From assembly GCA_037133055.1 (NCBI GenBank), contig JBAXOY010000063.1, forward strand, positions 1 to 17,796: DNA of 17,796 bases, given 5' to 3'. Below, piece by piece: positions 13,767-17,796 of this stretch. Under the pieces are notes generated by a model. The model was not told where the DNA came from. It saw nothing but the letters and a program-made list of their open reading frames with translations, and ran no database searches. Made by a program: the position numbers and the translations under genes. Positions within the stretch are counted from its first letter, which is position 1, and the number at the start of each line of letters is the position of its first letter. The DNA comes from Chlamydiota bacterium (GTDB lineage Bacteria; Auribacterota; Tritonobacteria; UBA1439).

Positions 13767-14961
13767 AATCGTACCCCGTACCTGAAACTGTACTATCATA
13801 CCCGGCCCTGAGCTGGCCGCAGGCGGCGTCGATCCCCGCCCCCTTGCTCCGGCGCACCGTGACCGCGATGCACGAGGGGCCGAGCCATTTCCGGAACTCC
13901 GAGGCCCGGGACTCGTCCGAGGGCTCGAAGCGCGCCGCCTGCGCTCCGCCTGAGCCGGAGGGCGGCCTAAAGGCCGCCCTGCGTGGGGTGGGGGTGAGAG
14001 AGTCGGGGGGCGGGCTTAAAGCCTCCCTGCGCGGAGGGGGGGTGGGGGATTCGTCCGATGCCTCGAAACGCCGCCCCCGGGCGGGGTTGTAGAGGATGAG
14101 GTTGACCTTGCAGGAAACACCCCGGATGAGTCTCCCCAGGCGTTGCGCGTCCGCCCGTGAATCGTTTACCCCCCTGAGGAGGAGATACTCGAAGGTGACG
14201 GGCCTCCCGATCCCTGCCGCGTAGTCTCCCGCCGCCCGGACGACGTCTTCCAGCGGGTATTCGCCGGCGAGGGGAAAGAGGGATTTCCTGACGGATTCGT
14301 CCGCGGCGATGAGCGACACGGCGAGCTCGGTGCGGAGCCCCGCGGCCGCGAGTCGGCGGATGCCGGGGACGATGCCGCAGGTGGAGACGGTGATGCGCCG
14401 GGGGCCGAGCGCCGGGCCCTCGGGGGAGGCGAGGATCAGGATCGCCTTCTCGACCCCGTCGAGGTTGAGGAGCGGTTCTCCCATCCCCATGAAGACGACG
14501 TGCGTGGGCCGCTCGCCCTCCGGGAGGGCCGCGCGGACTTTCAGGAACTGGTCCACGATCTCTCCTGCATCGAGGTTCCGGCGGAAGCCGAGCGCGCCGG
14601 TCGCGCAGAACGCGCATCCCACCGGGCAGCCGACCTGCGTGGAGAGGCACACCGACCGGCCGCGCGCGAGCCGCACGAGGACCGTCTCGATCGCCTCGCC
14701 GTCCTCAAGGCGGAACAGGTACTTAAGGGCATCGCCGCCCGCGGAGGCGGTCTCCGATACGGAAGCGAGATTCCCGATCCGCGCCTCCGCATCGAGCCGC
14801 GCGCGCAGACCCTTCGAGAGCGTGGTCATCTCGGCGAACGTCGAGGCGCCGTGGCGGTAGAGCCACTCGGCGATCTGCCGCCCCCGGTAGGCATCTTCCC
14901 CCATCGAGGCGAGGTGTCGTTCGAGCTCCGGGCGGGTCATTCCCTTCAGATTGATTTTCAT
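13735..14961 (-). CDS. rlmN: Radical-SAM 23S rRNA A2503/tRNA A37 C2-methyltransferase RlmN, with an in-frame insertion and an extended C-terminus
   Basis: YRGRQIAEW, CLSTQVGCPVGCAFCATG, VVFMGMGEP, TVSTCG, FEYLLL and IDAACGQL; start most likely MKINLKG at 14961. Confidence 0.94.
   Translation of the reverse strand: MKINLKGMTRPELERHLASMGEDAYRGRQIAEWLYRHGASTFAEMTTLSKGLRARLDAEARIGNLASVSETASAGGDALKYLFRLEDGEAIETVLVRLARGRSVCLSTQVGCPVGCAFCATGALGFRRNLDAGEIVDQFLKVRAALPEGERPTHVVFMGMGEPLLNLDGVEKAILILASPEGPALGPRRITVSTCGIVPGIRRLAAAGLRTELAVSLIAADESVRKSLFPLAGEYPLEDVVRAAGDYAAGIGRPVTFEYLLLRGVNDSRADAQRLGRLIRGVSCKVNLILYNPARGRRFEASDESPTPPPRREALSPPPDSLTPTPRRAAFRPPSGSGGAQAARFEPSDESRASEFRKWLGPSCIAVTVRRSKGAGIDAACGQLRAGYDSTVSGTGYDSTRTAPSLSE
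13909..14070. repeat. Two 48-bp REP-like palindromic units between diverged 24-bp direct repeats, inside rlmN
   Basis: Direct repeats at 13909-13932 and 14047-14070 (20/24 identical); perfect hairpin AGGGCGGCC-TAAA-GGCCGCCCT at 13959-13980; degenerate copy at about 14007-14028. Confidence 0.85.
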
Positions 14962-14973
14962 GGCGACTGGCAT

Positions 14974-14982
14974 AGTGTAGCA
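14974..14982 (-). promoter_or_regulatory. Extended -10 element of rlmN
   Basis: TGCTACACT on the minus strand, 12 nt before ATG 14961; no Shine-Dalgarno. Confidence 0.55.
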
Positions 14983-15039
14983 TTTCCCGGGGCGCCGGCC
15001 ATGCATCTTCCGTTATTCCTGCACCTGGGCCGAAAAATT

Positions 15040-15048
15040 TGCTATCCT
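15040..15048 (+). promoter_or_regulatory. Extended -10 element of the TPR-Nudix genes
   Basis: TGCTATCCT, followed by a GAAAGGA RBS and GTG 15075. Confidence 0.55.
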
Positions 15049-15074
15049 AAAGGAAGTTCCGGAAAGGATGTCCC

Positions 15075-16361
15075 GTGAGCGCTCTCGCAACCCTGCTGCT
15101 GTTCCTGTGTCTCTCTGCCCCCCCGGCGCCCTCCGCCGTCGAGAGGGTCACCCGGGGGCAGAGTCTCATCGCGCTCAAGAGGTATGACGAGGCGATCCTT
15201 GAGTTCAAGGAGGTCCTGAAACATGACCCGATGAACGGCGCCGCCCTGTTCAACCTCGGCTACCTCTACGGGACCTTCCTCGGCGACACGGCGACCGGGG
15301 ACCGGTACTGGAACTGCTACAAGGCCGCCTCCTGCATTTCCCTGGGGGACGTTGCCCTGTCTGCGGGGGATCTCGCCGAGGCGGCCGTTCATTACCAGGA
15401 GGCGATGAAGCATCTCCCCGAGAACGCGGCGCTGCACGAGCGCCTGGGGATGATATGCCTGCAGCTCGGTCGCGAAGCGGACGCGCTCAGGGAATTAAAG
15501 GCCGCGGTGGAGCTCGATCCGGCCGACACGGCCCTCCAGACGAGGATAGCGCCGTATTTCTGGGCGAGCGGGAACAGGAGGGAGGCCGCGGCGTGCGTGG
15601 ATCGCATCGCGGCGGCGAACCCGCAAGACCCCGCCAAGAGGAGGCGGGCGGTCGAGCTGTTCACGGCGGCGGGGGAGCGCGGGAAGGCGCTCGAGCAGCT
15701 CGCGGCGCTTTCGGCGTCGGGGGCGGCGACCCCCGAGGAGCACTGCACGCTCGCCGGGCTGCTGCTCGGGGAGGGCAGGCTCAAGGAGGCCGCGGCGGAG
15801 ATCCGTGCCGGCTTCAGCCCGGCGACGCGGAAGCGGTGCGCCGGGATCGCGCGGGCCCTCGCGGAGGCGTGCGAGAAGCAGGGAGCCCTGCCGGAGGCGA
15901 CGGAGGTCTACCGGGAGACGATCGCCGCGGGCGCGGGCAGCCCCGAGCTGTTCAACGCCCTCGCCCTCGCCTGCCATCGGCAGGGAAAGCTCGACGCCGC
16001 GATCGAGGCGGCGTCGGGGGGCGTGGATGCGTTCCCCGACAACTCCGCCCTCCACAACAATCTCGCCACGCTCCTCGCGTTGCGCATGGACTATCCGGGC
16101 GCTATCGAGGAGTACCGGAAGGCGGCCGAACTCGACCCCGGACTCGCCGAGGCGTGGCTCGACATGGGCCTCATCTATCGCGATTACCTCAAGGATGAAA
16201 CCGCGGCGGCTGAGGCGTTCAAGCGCTACCTCGCGCTCAAACCGGAAGCGAAATCGATCCCGGAGGTTGCGCGGGCGCTCGGCCTGCCCCCCCCCGTTTC
16301 CGAAAGAACCCCGACCCCAGCAAGGGAGCGTCCCCGGCGACGACTGTCGCGGAACTACTAG
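15075..16361 (+). CDS. Exported tetratricopeptide repeat (TPR) protein
   Basis: N-terminal hydrophobic signal; repeated TPR patterns such as EAILEFKEVLKHDPMNGAALFNLG, HLPENAALHERLG and AAELDPGLAEAWLDMG. Confidence 0.9.
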   Translation: MSALATLLLFLCLSAPPAPSAVERVTRGQSLIALKRYDEAILEFKEVLKHDPMNGAALFNLGYLYGTFLGDTATGDRYWNCYKAASCISLGDVALSAGDLAEAAVHYQEAMKHLPENAALHERLGMICLQLGREADALRELKAAVELDPADTALQTRIAPYFWASGNRREAAACVDRIAAANPQDPAKRRRAVELFTAAGERGKALEQLAALSASGAATPEEHCTLAGLLLGEGRLKEAAAEIRAGFSPATRKRCAGIARALAEACEKQGALPEATEVYRETIAAGAGSPELFNALALACHRQGKLDAAIEAASGGVDAFPDNSALHNNLATLLALRMDYPGAIEEYRKAAELDPGLAEAWLDMGLIYRDYLKDETAAAEAFKRYLALKPEAKSIPEVARALGLPPPVSERTPTPARERPRRRLSRNY

Positions 16362-16419
16362 CGGATAGCGGCTTTCGCGACGCGGCCCATTACCCTGACA
16401 GGCTTCGAGGGAGAATGCC

Positions 16420-16908
16420 ATGAAAGGCGGCGTGACCTGCCCGGGCTGCGGCAGGGATTTCCCGGTCCGCATCGCCCCGTTCCCGACGACGGACATACTC
16501 ATCAGACGCGTGAAAGACGGGGAGGAGGCGGTCGTCCTCGTCCGGAGGAGGAATCCGCCCCACGGATGGGCGATCCCCGGCGGCTTCATCGAGTATGGCG
16601 AGTCCGCCGAGGCATGCGCAGTGCGGGAGGCGGAGGAGGAGACGGGTCTCCGGGTGAAGCTCGCGGGACTCCTCGGGGTGTACTCCGACCCGAAGCGGGA
16701 CCCGCGGTTCCACACGATCTCCGCGGTTTATACCGCCGAGGGAGAGGGCGAGCCGAGGGCCGACTCCGACGCCGCTGAGATAGGCGTGTTTACCCGTGAT
16801 GAGCTGCCCCCCGACATCGCCTTCGACCACCGGGCGATCCTCGAGGAATACTTCCGGCGCCTCATGCGAGGGTCAACCCCACCCGCGCCCCTTCGCCCCG
16901 CCGGATGA
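16420..16908 (+). CDS. Nudix hydrolase (ADP-ribose pyrophosphatase-like)
   Basis: Nudix box GGFIEYGESAEACAVREAEEETG; VYSDPKRDPRFHT and IAFDH; N-terminal CPGCG; GAGGGAG RBS. Confidence 0.92.
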   Translation: MKGGVTCPGCGRDFPVRIAPFPTTDILIRRVKDGEEAVVLVRRRNPPHGWAIPGGFIEYGESAEACAVREAEEETGLRVKLAGLLGVYSDPKRDPRFHTISAVYTAEGEGEPRADSDAAEIGVFTRDELPPDIAFDHRAILEEYFRRLMRGSTPPAPLRPAG

Positions 16909-17796
16909 GGAACTGGTAGTTCCCGGCGACGAGGTCGCCGAACACGGCCTCGCCCGCAGGGCCGGTGGGTTCGGCGTGGAGGGTCGCGGTCCCCTTCCGC
17001 ATCTCCACGGGCACGGAGGAGAGCGGCTTCCCCCCACGGTCCATGAGCCTCACCCTGCACTCGATCATCATCCCCCCGGTTGCGGCGAGTGATAACTGGA
17101 CTGCGAGGTCCCCGTGGGAGAACGAGCGCGTGAGCGTCGGCTCGCCGTATGTTTCGGGGACCGGCTCCATGCCGGTACGCGCGACGGGTGCTTTTTCGGG
17201 AGACGCGCACAGGGAGCGGCTTTTCACGTGTTCCCGGCGCAACGTCTTGCGCTTTGGGGCGCGTGCGGGCCCGGGCTTTTTACCCGGCATGGGGCGGATG
17301 AGCATGGCGCGCTCCGCGGCATAGTCCATGCCCGGCTCCGCGATCGAGGCGAGCGCGGGGCTCGCTGACGCGGCTTCCGCCCATCTGGTGAACCGCGTGA
17401 GCAGGTCCCTGACCGAGGCGGAAAACTCACCGAGCGACACGGGCCCCTTCCCGCACAGCCTGTCCCGAGCCGCCTCGACGAGGCCGAGGGGCGGCCGATC
17501 CAGCCCGCGCGCCTGGATGCGGTCGACGAGCTGTGCCGTTTCCGCCGCGTCCGCCGCCCTGACGGCACAGGCCGCACACCCAACGACATGGGCGGCAACG
17601 CGCGCGCTCTCCTCTCCCTCCGGAAGGCTCCCGTCCATGAGGGCGGCGATAATTTCTTCGTCGGGGCAGTGTGCCGCGGTCCCGGGGGCGGAAGCGATGC
17701 CGGGGGCGCCTGCGGCGCGGAGCACCCCCTCGAACCCTTCCATCTTCTCGTACAGGGACCGGCATTCGGGGCACACCTTGAGATGGGCCTCAACCG
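16862..17796 (-). CDS. 5'-truncated protein with two zf-HC2 (anti-sigma type) zinc fingers and a C-terminal transthyretin/carboxypeptidase-regulatory-like beta domain
   Basis: The frame stays open to the window edge and reads VEAHLKVCPEC; second motif HCPDEEIIAALMDG...AAHVVGCAAC; C-terminal GKPLSSVPVEM...TGPAGEAVFGDLVAGNYQF. Confidence 0.75.
   Translation of the reverse strand, partial: VEAHLKVCPECRSLYEKMEGFEGVLRAAGAPGIASAPGTAAHCPDEEIIAALMDGSLPEGEESARVAAHVVGCAACAVRAADAAETAQLVDRIQARGLDRPPLGLVEAARDRLCGKGPVSLGEFSASVRDLLTRFTRWAEAASASPALASIAEPGMDYAAERAMLIRPMPGKKPGPARAPKRKTLRREHVKSRSLCASPEKAPVARTGMEPVPETYGEPTLTRSFSHGDLAVQLSLAATGGMMIECRVRLMDRGGKPLSSVPVEMRKGTATLHAEPTGPAGEAVFGDLVAGNYQFLIRRGEGARVGLTLA

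Noticed and set aside
13933..14046. Intein or self-splicing intron in rlmN
   Set aside because: Only 38 codons, no intein-type terminal residues (C/S start, HN end), and far too short for a group I/II intron.
16362..16371. CGGATAGCGG shared with the hairpin at 4472-4481
   Set aside because: A 10-bp match without the palindromic arms; plausible by chance.
99..17793. Many long overlapping or antisense ORFs (e.g. 888..2186 -, 4881..6491 +, 9483..10961 +, 12510..13799 -, 15495..16715 -)
   Set aside because: They are shadow frames of recognisable genes in GC-rich DNA with few stop codons, and carry no family motifs.

Overview
GC-rich bacterial chromosomal window, probably from an anaerobe, made mostly of housekeeping genes. 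In order: a four-subunit pyruvate/2-oxoacid:ferredoxin oxidoreductase operon (gamma-delta-alpha-beta) ending in an orphan HicB-like gene; a PEGA-domain lipoprotein; smpB; two exported enzymes (an M28 peptidase and a putative glycoside hydrolase) with unusual C-terminal modules; an RlmI-type methyltransferase; greA; a divalent-cation cluster; rlmN; a TPR protein; a Nudix hydrolase; and a 5'-truncated double zinc-finger (zf-HC2) anti-sigma-like gene. In the cation cluster, corA is divergent from a more AT-rich cassette encoding a pore-less MgtE-N/CBS protein and an NRAMP-related (NRMT-type) transporter. The most unusual observations are: (1) a 138-bp in-frame expansion inside rlmN, made of two REP-like palindromic units between diverged 24-bp direct repeats; (2) an MgtE-like cytosolic protein that appears to have lost acidic motifs and gained histidines, paired with a transporter lacking the NRAMP selectivity Met; (3) several unrelated short repeat or palindrome elements in intergenic gaps; (4) a recurring TGC-extended -10 promoter motif, with several leaderless-looking genes. 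No rRNA, tRNA, tmRNA, CRISPR array, transposase or integrase was recognised. All calls come from reading motifs by eye; no searches were run.
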